Position numbers and translations under genes: made by a program
Shown here: positions 1 to 6,833 of the stretch, one piece after another
Position numbering within the stretch: position 1 is the first letter of the stretch
Layout of the letters: each line of letters starts with the position of its first letter
Origin: Myxococcaceae bacterium
GTDB taxonomy: Bacteria; Myxococcota; Myxococcia; Myxococcales; Myxococcaceae
Length of the DNA: 40,638 bases
Assembly (NCBI GenBank): GCA_019686135.1
Contig: JADGHL010000037.1
Coordinates: 1-40,638, forward strand
Reading direction: 5' to 3'
The notes under the pieces: generated by a model
Seen by the model: only the letters and a program-made list of their open reading frames with translations
Databases searched by the model: none
Told to the model about the DNA's origin: nothing

Positions 1-144
1 CTCCCACCACCCGAGCTGCGCGAGCCCCCGGAAGCCGCCCCGCGCCAGGTGGATCAGCGTGAACAGCACCGCGATCGCCGGAAGCTGCCGGCTGGCGCGG
101 CCGAGCAGCTGAACCGGGGTACGCGTCGCAGACAATGCCGGCAT
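1..144 (-). CDS. Partial CDS: N-terminal ~48 aa of a probable membrane protein that continues beyond the window start
   Basis: The reverse-complement ATG at 142-144 lies 2 nt downstream of the ftsB stop. Translation begins MPALSATRTPVQLLGRASRQLPAIAVLFTLIHLARGG, which is hydrophobic and membrane-like. The feature is truncated by the window edge. Confidence 0.3.
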   Translation of the reverse strand, partial: MPALSATRTPVQLLGRASRQLPAIAVLFTLIHLARGGFRGLAQLGWWE

Positions 145-146
145 GG

Positions 147-485
147 CTACTCCACGTTGAAGACCACTTCGCCCGGGCGGACGTAGCCCAGCTCCTCCCG
201 CGCGGCGCGCTCCAGCGCGGCCCGGTCCTTCCGCAGGGCTTCAATCTCCCGGACCATCTGCTCGTTCTGCGCGCGCAAGGCCGCGTTGCGGGCCTCAAGC
301 TCCGCTACGTCCCGACGCAGCGTCAGGTAGCGGCGGAAGCCGCGCGCGTCCGCCATCGACACCAGCGCCAACACGCTGGCCGATCCGACCGCCACGTACA
401 CCCACTTCCGTCGAACGAGCATCCGCCCGGGCACGCTACCAGCGGCCGGCGACCCCGCAAGAAAACCGCTGCAGGCCTGTAGCAC
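147..485 (-). CDS. ftsB: Septum formation initiator, FtsB/DivIC family
   Basis: The 112-aa product has one N-terminal TM helix (VYVAVGSASVLALV) followed by a leucine-zipper-like coiled coil (LTLRRDVAELEARNAALRAQNEQMVREIEALRKDRAALERAARE) and a conserved C-terminal motif (LGYVRPGEVVF). This is the typical FtsB architecture. Confidence 0.6.
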   Translation of the reverse strand: MLQACSGFLAGSPAAGSVPGRMLVRRKWVYVAVGSASVLALVSMADARGFRRYLTLRRDVAELEARNAALRAQNEQMVREIEALRKDRAALERAAREELGYVRPGEVVFNVE

Positions 486-497
486 CCTCCCCGGCCG

Positions 498-1022
498 TCA
501 GCGCTTCACCGCTTCGTCCACCGCCGCGCGGAGGTCGGCGGCGTCGGCCAGCCCGGGCCAGGCGGCCACCACCGAACCGTCCCGGGCGAACAGCACGGTC
601 GTGGGCAGCTCCCTCACGCGCCCGTAGGGCGTCTCGCCCTTCACCAGCGCCTCGCTGGCGATCAGCACCGGGAACCCCAGCCCGGCCTGCGCGGCGAACG
701 GTTCGAGCACGCGCCGGCCGTCGAGATCCATCCCCACCGCCACGACCTCCAGGCCGTCCGCGGCGTGCTCCTTCTTGAGTTCGGCGAACAGGGGCAGCTG
801 GCCGAGGCACGGGAAGCACCAGGTGGCGAAGAACGTCACCAGCGCCGGCCGGCCATAGAGCCGCGCGGGATCGAAGCGGGCCGGCGCCGGCGCATCCGCG
901 CGCTCGAGGCGGAGCGGCTGGTAGTAGTCGATGGGGCTCTCGTCCTTCGCGGGGACGTGCGCGCAGCCCGCGGCGGCGCAACAGGTCGCCGCGAGCGCCA
1001 GCCACGCCGCTGTGCGCTGCAT
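498..1022 (-). CDS. TlpA/ResA-like periplasmic thiol:disulfide oxidoreductase (thioredoxin fold), probable lipoprotein
   Basis: A WCFPC thioredoxin active-site motif is present. A lipoprotein-type signal peptide (MQRTAAWLALAATCCAAAGC) is present. The internal ATG at 1022 is preferred over the track start at 1082, which would overlap fur by 55 nt. Confidence 0.7.
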   Translation of the reverse strand: MQRTAAWLALAATCCAAAGCAHVPAKDESPIDYYQPLRLERADAPAPARFDPARLYGRPALVTFFATWCFPCLGQLPLFAELKKEHAADGLEVVAVGMDLDGRRVLEPFAAQAGLGFPVLIASEALVKGETPYGRVRELPTTVLFARDGSVVAAWPGLADAADLRAAVDEAVKR

Positions 1023-1027
1023 GCCGG

Positions 1028-1498
1028 TCAGCTCGCCGACTGCCCGGGGTTGGCCGCCACCTCGCGCTGGCAGTTCCGGCACAGGCCGTACAGCTCCATC
1101 TTGTGCGAGACCACGGTGAAGCCGTGCTTCCTCGCCACCGCGTCCTGGAGCGCCTCGATCCGGTCGTTCTCGAACTCGACGATCAACCCGCAGCGCGTGC
1201 AGATCAGGTGATCGTGGTGGTGCCGGCCGACCGCGGCCTCGTAGCGGGTCTGTCCGTCCCCGAAGTTCCGGGGGTGGGCCAGCCCGCAGTCGGCGAGCAG
1301 CTTCATCGTCCGGTACACCGTGGCCACCGACACCCGCGCGTCCTGCTTCCGCACGCGCGCCCAGAGGTCCTCGACGGTGTGGTGCCCCTCGAGGTCGAAG
1401 AAGGTGTCGATGATGAGGGATCGCTGACGGGTGGACTTGAGCCCGTGCTGCGCCATGTATCGGGACAGCACCTCGTCGCGATCCGCCGTCGACGTCAT
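1028..1498 (-). CDS. fur: Ferric uptake regulator family transcriptional repressor (Fur)
   Basis: The 156-aa product has a winged-helix N-terminus (TRQRSLIIDTFF...) and the HHHDHLICTRCG...CRNC metal-site motifs characteristic of Fur/Zur/PerR. The real start is an internal ATG at 1496-1498, not the 409-aa track ORF. That ATG overlaps the upstream gene's stop as ATGA. Confidence 0.8.
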   Translation of the reverse strand: MTSTADRDEVLSRYMAQHGLKSTRQRSLIIDTFFDLEGHHTVEDLWARVRKQDARVSVATVYRTMKLLADCGLAHPRNFGDGQTRYEAAVGRHHHDHLICTRCGLIVEFENDRIEALQDAVARKHGFTVVSHKMELYGLCRNCQREVAANPGQSAS

Positions 1499-2058
1499 GG
1501 ATAACGCTCTCCCCACTTCTGGATCGCTCCCTCGGTGTCCGGTGCGCCCAGGTCGGTTCCGGTGAGCACCACCAACGAGCGGTGGGCCTGCTCCCGGACC
1601 TCCGGATCCGGATCCTTCATTGCGCGCACCAGCAGTGAACCATATTTGTGTCCGTCCGGACGACTCCGCGCCACCTCCGCCGCGAGCGCGCGCACGTGCG
1701 GGTTGCTGTCCATCATCAACTCCGCCAGCGGATCCTCCGGCGGCGCGGTCCGGTAAGACTTGGCTGGAAGCAGCAGCACGAAGAACAGGCACGCCGCACC
1801 GATCTGGAAGAACGCTTTGAACGCGGAGTACTTCCCGGCCCGCACCAGCGCCAGCCGGTAGGCCGCGAAGCAGACGATGAAGGCGAGGAACACCCAGGGC
1901 GCCGCTTTGGCCACGCGGGCGGGGAGCGCCAGCGGAGACTCGCGCGCCCACAGCGCCAGGGCCGCCGACCCCACGAGCAACGCATACAGCACCCCGGCCA
2001 GCGCCGGCCCTGCCTGGATGCCACCCAGCCGGGGCGGCTGCTCTGCTTGCGTCTCCAT
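1495..2058 (-). CDS. Membrane protein with C-terminal HEAT/PBS-lyase-like repeats
   Basis: This is the C-terminal 187 aa of the 628-aa track ORF. It has two or three TM helices, then DSNPHVRALAAEVA...KDPDPEVREQAHRSLVVLTG HEAT-like repeats. An alternative start lies at 2085 (MGRTNLSSA). The remainder of the track ORF (2059-3381) is antisense to the Fis-like gene. Confidence 0.55.
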   Translation of the reverse strand: METQAEQPPRLGGIQAGPALAGVLYALLVGSAALALWARESPLALPARVAKAAPWVFLAFIVCFAAYRLALVRAGKYSAFKAFFQIGAACLFFVLLLPAKSYRTAPPEDPLAELMMDSNPHVRALAAEVARSRPDGHKYGSLLVRAMKDPDPEVREQAHRSLVVLTGTDLGAPDTEGAIQKWGERYP

Positions 2059-2163
2059 CGCGCTGCTTAGATTGGTGCGCCCCATGGTTCGTTGACACCG
2101 GGGGCCCCGGAAGATAAGGGCACCGCCCCCTCCTGGCACCAGAGATTTCGCAGGTTTCGAACG

Positions 2164-3390
2164 ATGGCGAGCGCGTGGCAACGAAGGCGGAACCCGGACG
2201 AGGTCCCGACGCCGGTGGCGATTGCGGTGTCGGACTTCTGCCGGCGTGCGGGCGCACAGGCCTCCGCCGCCGAGGTCCGCGAGGCGCTCGCGCTTCTGTC
2301 GGAGGAGGAGGACTTCCGGGTGCGGACGCTCACCGACGGTGAGCCGAAGTCCCGTCCGCTGGGGCCTTTCGCGGTGGTGGATGTGCTGCGCGGCACCGAC
2401 GAAGCGCTCGCCGCCACCCGGCAGACATCGGGATACTACGAGGTGGTCCGCGAGCTCGCCCAGGTCCGCGCGGAGCGCTCGCCCGTGCCCGCCGCCGCGC
2501 CCGCGCCCATCCCCGCTCAGACGGCTGTGCCGACGGCGCCCGCGCCCACATCTCCGGCCGCCCCGGCGAACGCATCCAGCCGGAAGGGCAAGGGACCGCG
2601 TCCCGCACCGCCCAGCATGTCCGAACGCATCGCGCCCCGGAAGCGGGAGCCTTCGGCCGGAACGGTGCCGGCGCTCGAGCCGGCGCGTCCGCGCGACGCC
2701 GTCTCGCCGAAGGGCCGGTTCGCCACCCTCTCCCCCAGCAAGCTCTCCGTGGAGGAGCTGTTCACGCCGTCCGCGGCGCGGCTGCTCAAGGACCGCGTCG
2801 AACAGCACCCCGACCGGTTCGCGCTCACCCGCGCGCTCGCGGAGCAGTACGGCGGTCGCAAGGAGGGACAGCCGCTGCGCACCGAAGATCTGGAGCGCGC
2901 GCTCGAGCACCACAAGCTCCTCGAGGTGCTCGCGCGGAAGGAGCGGGAGGCCGTGCTGGGCGCCTTCACCGAACAGCGCGGCGCCGCGGGCCGGGTCGCG
3001 TGGGCGCTGGGGCTGTCGATCACCGAACTGCACAAGCTCATCCGCTCTCTGGGGATCGCCTCCGAGGTGGAGCAGATCAAAGAGCGTTTCCGCCGCGAGG
3101 CCCTCAGCGGGAAGAACCTCGGCGCCCGCATCGATCTGCTCGGGCGCGGCAAGTACCTCTCCGATCTCGGCATCCGCCGACGCTTCGACGAAGCGCTGCG
3201 GGCGGATCTGAAGAAGCTCCTCGAGAAGCACGCGCCGCGCGCGCGGGATCTCGGCGATCTCTTCGTGCTCGCGGCCCGGGCCGAGGGCACCCAGGCCGAG
3301 CTGCTCGAACGCGCGGTCGAGCGGCTCGAGCTCATGAAGGAGGTCCGCAAGCTCGTCCCCGAGCCGGCGGCCACTCCTCACGCAACCTGA
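2164..3390 (+). CDS. DNA-binding protein with Fis-type helix-turn-helix and a Pro/Ala-rich linker
   Basis: The segment GRVAWALGLSITELHKLIRSLGI matches the Fis/NtrC C-terminal HTH pattern. The protein has a Lys-containing, protein-like composition. Start is placed at ATG 2164 (MASAWQRRR); the track start at 2092 is a TTG. The gene is divergent from the fur operon. Confidence 0.55.
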   Translation: MASAWQRRRNPDEVPTPVAIAVSDFCRRAGAQASAAEVREALALLSEEEDFRVRTLTDGEPKSRPLGPFAVVDVLRGTDEALAATRQTSGYYEVVRELAQVRAERSPVPAAAPAPIPAQTAVPTAPAPTSPAAPANASSRKGKGPRPAPPSMSERIAPRKREPSAGTVPALEPARPRDAVSPKGRFATLSPSKLSVEELFTPSAARLLKDRVEQHPDRFALTRALAEQYGGRKEGQPLRTEDLERALEHHKLLEVLARKEREAVLGAFTEQRGAAGRVAWALGLSITELHKLIRSLGIASEVEQIKERFRREALSGKNLGARIDLLGRGKYLSDLGIRRRFDEALRADLKKLLEKHAPRARDLGDLFVLAARAEGTQAELLERAVERLELMKEVRKLVPEPAATPHAT

Positions 3391-3408
3391 CGAACACGAG
3401 GCGACACC

Positions 3409-3723
3409 ATGCCCATCTACGAGTACGTCTGCTCCAAGTGCGAGAAGACCCAGGACGTTCTGCAGAAGGTGAGCGATCCCGCCCCCACGAAGTGCGAGTC
3501 CTGCGGGGCGGAGGGCACGCTGAGCCGGAAGGTCAGCCGTACCTCGTTCGTCCTCAAGGGCGGCGGCTGGTACGCGGACCTATACAGCTCGACGCGGAAG
3601 AGCGGCAGCGGCGAGGGCGGATCCTCCAGCGGCTCGAGCTCGTCCGGATCGGGCAGCCGCTCCAGCTCCGGGAGCTCGTCGGGCTCCAGCAGCACCGCCG
3701 CGGCGGCGGCGCCGTCGAAGTAG
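3409..3723 (+). CDS. FmdB family zinc-ribbon regulatory protein with a Ser/Gly-rich tail
   Basis: The N-terminus MPIYEYVCSKCEKTQDVLQKVSDPAPTKCESCGAEG contains two CxxC pairs, the FmdB/CxxC_CxxC_SSSS signature. The C-terminus is a low-complexity GSSSGSSSSGSGSRSSSGSSSG tract. Confidence 0.7.
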   Translation: MPIYEYVCSKCEKTQDVLQKVSDPAPTKCESCGAEGTLSRKVSRTSFVLKGGGWYADLYSSTRKSGSGEGGSSSGSSSSGSGSRSSSGSSSGSSSTAAAAAPSK

Positions 3724-4012
3724 CTTGGAGGCGCCGTCCAAAAATTCGCGCCGGCGATCGACCTGCTCCACACTGCAGGCGTGCCCTTCCCTTCCACGAA
3801 GCGCCCGCGTCGCCGTTGCGTGTTGTGCCATCTGCCGGAGCTGATGGAAGTCCCCGGCTTCGGCAAGTTCCTCTTCGTTCCCGATCCTCAGGGTCGCGGC
3901 CCGGTCTGCCCGCGCGGCCGCGGCTGCGAGGACCGCCAGCGCCAGCTGTCCCTGCTTGGAAACGACGCCGAAGCGCACTGAGATGGGCGTCCGCCCCAGG
4001 AGGTCCACCCGC

Positions 4013-4618
4013 ATGTCGCCGTTGACGCTCGCAGCCTGGGTCGCGCTCGCCGCCGTCGGCGCTCCCTCTCCCGCCGACGGCGCCGGGCCAGCCCCGGCGC
4101 AAGGCATCCACCTCACCGGATCGCCGCGCAGCGCTTCTCTGCTGCAGGACGCCGGGCTGGACGCGTCCTGGCGGCCATCCACCTCGCCCGCCTTGCGGCT
4201 GACCGACGATGTGCGGCTCTTGCGGAGCGAGACGCCCCTGCCGCTCGATCAGGGAGGCGGCGTCAGCTCGGATCTGCGGCAGATCCTGGCGCTGGTCCTC
4301 GGGTTCGTCCCCGGCTTCGGGCTCGGCCACCTCGTCGCGCGCGACCGCGACGGGTTCATCCTCTTCCTGGTGGTCGACGTCGCACTCTACGTGCTGTGGG
4401 GGACCGTGGGCTGGTGGCTGTGGCACCCATTCGGGTTCATTGGCGGGGCGCTGTGGCTGGTGGTCCACGTGATCCAGGCGCTGGACGCCTACGCGGAGGC
4501 GGGCGGGCCGCGGATCGTCCAACTGATACGCGACACCACGGTGGAGGTGGCCTCGTCCACCGCGCACCGGCTCGATCCGCCGCGGGTGACCGCGAAGATC
4601 TTCGAATATTCGTTCTGA
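4013..4618 (+). CDS. Hypothetical membrane protein (signal peptide, C-terminal Trp-rich TM helices)
   Basis: A GGAGG sits 9 nt upstream of ATG 4013. The signal peptide is MSPLTLAAWVALAAVGAPSPADG. TM segments include ILALVLGFVPGFGLGHLVA and LYVLWGTVGWWLWHPFGFIGGALWLVV. Confidence 0.45.
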   Translation: MSPLTLAAWVALAAVGAPSPADGAGPAPAQGIHLTGSPRSASLLQDAGLDASWRPSTSPALRLTDDVRLLRSETPLPLDQGGGVSSDLRQILALVLGFVPGFGLGHLVARDRDGFILFLVVDVALYVLWGTVGWWLWHPFGFIGGALWLVVHVIQALDAYAEAGGPRIVQLIRDTTVEVASSTAHRLDPPRVTAKIFEYSF

Positions 4619-4625
4619 CTCAGGC

Positions 4626-5363
4626 GTGCTAGGCACCGTCGCCATGCGACGGCTCCTGGCAATCCCGGTCCTGAGCGCGGCGCTGGCTTGGTGCGCCTGC
4701 GCCTCGCACACGCAGATCCCGGCCGACGAGCGCGCCAGCATCGAGCGCGAGCTCACCAGCGGATATCCGCAGAAGTACCTCAAGCTCTCCTACTACGTGA
4801 CCCCGTTCTTCGGGGACGGGACCAAGAAGTTGCTGACGCCGGTCCCGCCGGACGAAGTGCGGCTGCTCAACAACCCGGATGGCACGCCGGTGAACCCCGG
4901 GCCAGTGGAGAAAGTGCTGCCTGCCGGCAAGCGCGCGCGGGTGTTGAAGGTGGAGTTCCCCACCTCGTGGGTGGTCACCGAGCGCGTCCCGTACACGCCG
5001 CGAACGCAGCCGTGGGTTTACCTGAGCGTGGAGGGCGAACCGAACACGTTCCCGCTGATCCTGGTGCTCCGCCAGGGCATCAAGACGCGGGACGACTTCC
5101 TCAACGAGCTGGGCCGCTACCTCTCCGATCAGGATCCCATGCCGACGATCCGCACCTGGAGCGACGCGATCCAGCAGGCCATCGAGACGAAGTCCGCGGT
5201 CACCGACATGCCCACCGAAGCCCTGGAAATGGCGTGGGGCTACCCGGAACACATCAAAGTGGAGCTCGAAGGCGACAAGCGCCTCGAAACCTGGGTCTAC
5301 CCGGGCCGAAAGCGCATCGCCCACATCGTCGACGGCCGCCTCGTCCGCACGGAAACCAAATGA
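4626..5363 (+). CDS. Hypothetical lipoprotein
   Basis: A signal peptide with a lipobox-like motif (LSAALAWCAC) is present. The mature domain has a balanced composition. An alternative start lies at 4644 (MRRLL). Confidence 0.6.
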   Translation: MLGTVAMRRLLAIPVLSAALAWCACASHTQIPADERASIERELTSGYPQKYLKLSYYVTPFFGDGTKKLLTPVPPDEVRLLNNPDGTPVNPGPVEKVLPAGKRARVLKVEFPTSWVVTERVPYTPRTQPWVYLSVEGEPNTFPLILVLRQGIKTRDDFLNELGRYLSDQDPMPTIRTWSDAIQQAIETKSAVTDMPTEALEMAWGYPEHIKVELEGDKRLETWVYPGRKRIAHIVDGRLVRTETK

Positions 5364-5412
5364 ACCAGTGAGTAGTGACTGGTGAGTAGAGGGTAATACT
5401 CACCCACTGGTT
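5363..5412. terminator. Bidirectional intrinsic terminator-like hairpin between convergent stop codons
   Basis: An outer stem AACCAGTG/CACTGGTT encloses an inner hairpin GGTGAGTA-GAGGGTAA-TACTCACC. T-rich runs follow on both strands (TTCAATTTCT on the plus strand, TTCATTTGGTTT on the minus strand). The segment is unusually AT-rich for this genome. It starts at the plus-gene stop and ends inside the PHP gene's stop codon. Confidence 0.45.
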
Positions 5413-6131
5413 CAATTTCTCCATCTGCGGCGCTTCTTCTTGCCGCGCTTCGCTTCGACTTCCCTCGCTTCTCCGGGGCGCGAGGGCCTCGGCAATTCGC
5501 CCATCTGTACGGCCCAGAACCGGCCATTGAGCAGGGCTTTCACCAGATCCTCATTGGAGTTCAGGTCGTCCTCGAACAGCGTCGCTCCGAAGCCGATCTC
5601 ATCCAGCGAACCGCGCGCGTCGCTCCCTCCCACGCAGCCCACGTTCAGCTTCTCCGCCGCCTCCACCGCGAGGTCGTTCTGCGACTGCCTCAGCTTCGGG
5701 TTGTAGCCCTCCACCCCCGAGAGCAGCTTGAGGCCGAGGATGTAGTCGAGCGCCGGGTACGGATAGTCCCGGTCGTACGGCCGCGCCGCCACGATCGCCG
5801 CGCCGAGCTGCCGCACCTTCGGCAGCGCCTCCTCCGCGCTCCACGGACGCTCCCGGTTCGAACCCCACATCTGCACCGGTTCGGGCGCCTGCTCCGGCTT
5901 CGGGAAGAAGCAGAGGTACTGGCCCTTGTCGGTGTTGAGCTCGAGCCCGACGAACACCTTCACCTTCGACGTACGGCCGATGTCGAAGAGCTCGTCACAA
6001 CCGTCCTGGGTGTTCGTCTCGGTGAAGCACACCGCGTCCAGTCCGTGCGACGCGGCCCGCTCCAGCACCGCCCGCGGGTCCAGCGTGCACCCCTGCGAGA
6101 GGTACGAATGGCAATGCAGGTCGATCAGCAT
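5412..6131 (-). CDS. PHP-domain metal-dependent phosphoesterase
   Basis: The N-terminal motif MLIDLHCHS is present. Conserved His/Asp ligands of the PHP fold are present (CFTETN, GLELNT, GGSDARG). The product ends in a C-terminal Lys/Arg-rich tail. Confidence 0.7.
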   Translation of the reverse strand: MLIDLHCHSYLSQGCTLDPRAVLERAASHGLDAVCFTETNTQDGCDELFDIGRTSKVKVFVGLELNTDKGQYLCFFPKPEQAPEPVQMWGSNRERPWSAEEALPKVRQLGAAIVAARPYDRDYPYPALDYILGLKLLSGVEGYNPKLRQSQNDLAVEAAEKLNVGCVGGSDARGSLDEIGFGATLFEDDLNSNEDLVKALLNGRFWAVQMGELPRPSRPGEAREVEAKRGKKKRRRWRN

Positions 6132-6185
6132 CGGGGCGCCTATACAAGCGCGCCCGGCGGCTGTCGACGCCGTTGACCGGAGCGC

Positions 6186-6410
6186 CTACGCCCTGGCCGC
6201 GGGCTGCTCGAACATCGGCAGCGCCTGCGCCTTCGCCTTGCGCTCCTCGTTGACGCGGATCAGGTACCCCATCAGCATCAGCGACGAGGTGTTCTCCAGC
6301 ACCCGCGACGGATCCTTGCTGATCAGATTCGCGCTGTAGCTGAGGAAGAACTGCGCCAGCTCTTCGCCCGCCTCGCGGACGATCAACGCGTTCAGCAACG
6401 AGGCATCCAT
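6186..6410 (-). CDS. Small hypothetical protein (74 aa from MDASLL; could extend to a GTG near 6488)
   Basis: Only the C-terminal portion of the 196-aa track ORF looks protein-like (FFLSYSANLISKDPSRVLENTSSLMLMGYLIRVNEERKAKAQ). The N-terminal portion is antisense to the small plus-strand ORF and its promoter. The gene sits immediately upstream of the PHP gene on the same strand. Confidence 0.3.
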   Translation of the reverse strand: MDASLLNALIVREAGEELAQFFLSYSANLISKDPSRVLENTSSLMLMGYLIRVNEERKAKAQALPMFEQPAARA

Positions 6411-6570
6411 CGTCCGGATTGCGTTGATGAACTCCACCGCGAGGTCTTTCTTGCTCTTGAAATCGTCCACGCCGCCCCCACTCCCGTCGCCCCCTGCGAC
6501 GCGTTGCAATCTATGCACGCCCCCGGCGCCGCCTACTGGGTCCGGCAACCCATCGGAGTTCTTCACGGTT

Positions 6571-6602
6571 TTTGACAGTCTGAACGTCGACGTGCGATAA
6601 AC
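6571..6602 (+). promoter_or_regulatory. Candidate sigma-70-like promoter for the small ORF at 6630
   Basis: A TTGACA hexamer is followed by a 17-18 nt spacer and a GATAAA -10-like hexamer. The gene's ATG is about 30 nt downstream and is preceded by GGCGAGG. The surrounding region is lower-GC. Confidence 0.3.
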
Positions 6603-6629
6603 ATGCCCTATCGCGAAGGCGAGGTTCCG

Positions 6630-6821
6630 ATGTTCACGGGCGTGAAGGTGTTCTCGGCGACGAAGGCCAAGGAGCGCGAGGAGCTGGGGGAGAACGTCAC
6701 CCGCTGGCTGAGATCCAACTCGGATCTGGAAGTCGTCGATCGCGTCGTCGTCCAGAGCAGCGACAACGAATTCCACTGCTACACGCTCGTCCTCTTCTAC
6801 CGGAACAAGTCCGAAGTGTAG
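6630..6821 (+). CDS. Small conserved hypothetical protein (63 aa)
   Basis: The product MFTGVKVFSATKAKEREELGENVTRWLRSNSDLEVVDRVVVQSSDNEFHCYTLVLFYRNKSEV has a globular, non-repetitive composition. A GGCGAGG Shine-Dalgarno sits 7 nt upstream. The gene is convergent with the amylase gene. Confidence 0.45.
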   Translation: MFTGVKVFSATKAKEREELGENVTRWLRSNSDLEVVDRVVVQSSDNEFHCYTLVLFYRNKSEV

Positions 6822-6833
6822 CCACCCCGGCCG

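Noticed and set aside
2136-2158. TGGCAC...TTTCGC sigma-54-like element upstream of the Fis-like gene
   Set aside because: The spacing between the GG and GC elements is off by one or two nt. The -12 element does not match TTGC. It would also leave no 5' UTR before ATG 2164.
2059-3381. Upstream two-thirds of the 628-aa minus-strand track ORF (1495-3381)
   Set aside because: Its translation is Arg/Gly/Pro-rich and low-complexity. It is exactly antisense to the protein-like Fis-type HTH gene (2164-3390). Only the C-terminal 187 aa (HEAT-repeat membrane protein) look real.
3724-3955. Small ORFs in the FmdB-to-membrane-protein spacer (66-aa plus-strand ORF, and a minus-strand frame without an ATG)
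   Set aside because: The plus ORF is Arg/Pro/Cys-rich with no RBS. The minus frame has no start codon within the spacer. Both are treated as noise.
3554-4783. 409-aa and 200-aa minus-strand ORFs across the FmdB and membrane-protein region
   Set aside because: Their composition is dominated by R, G, P, A and S with no motifs. They are antisense to two plausible plus-strand genes, one of which has a GGAGG RBS. This is a typical high-GC antisense open frame.
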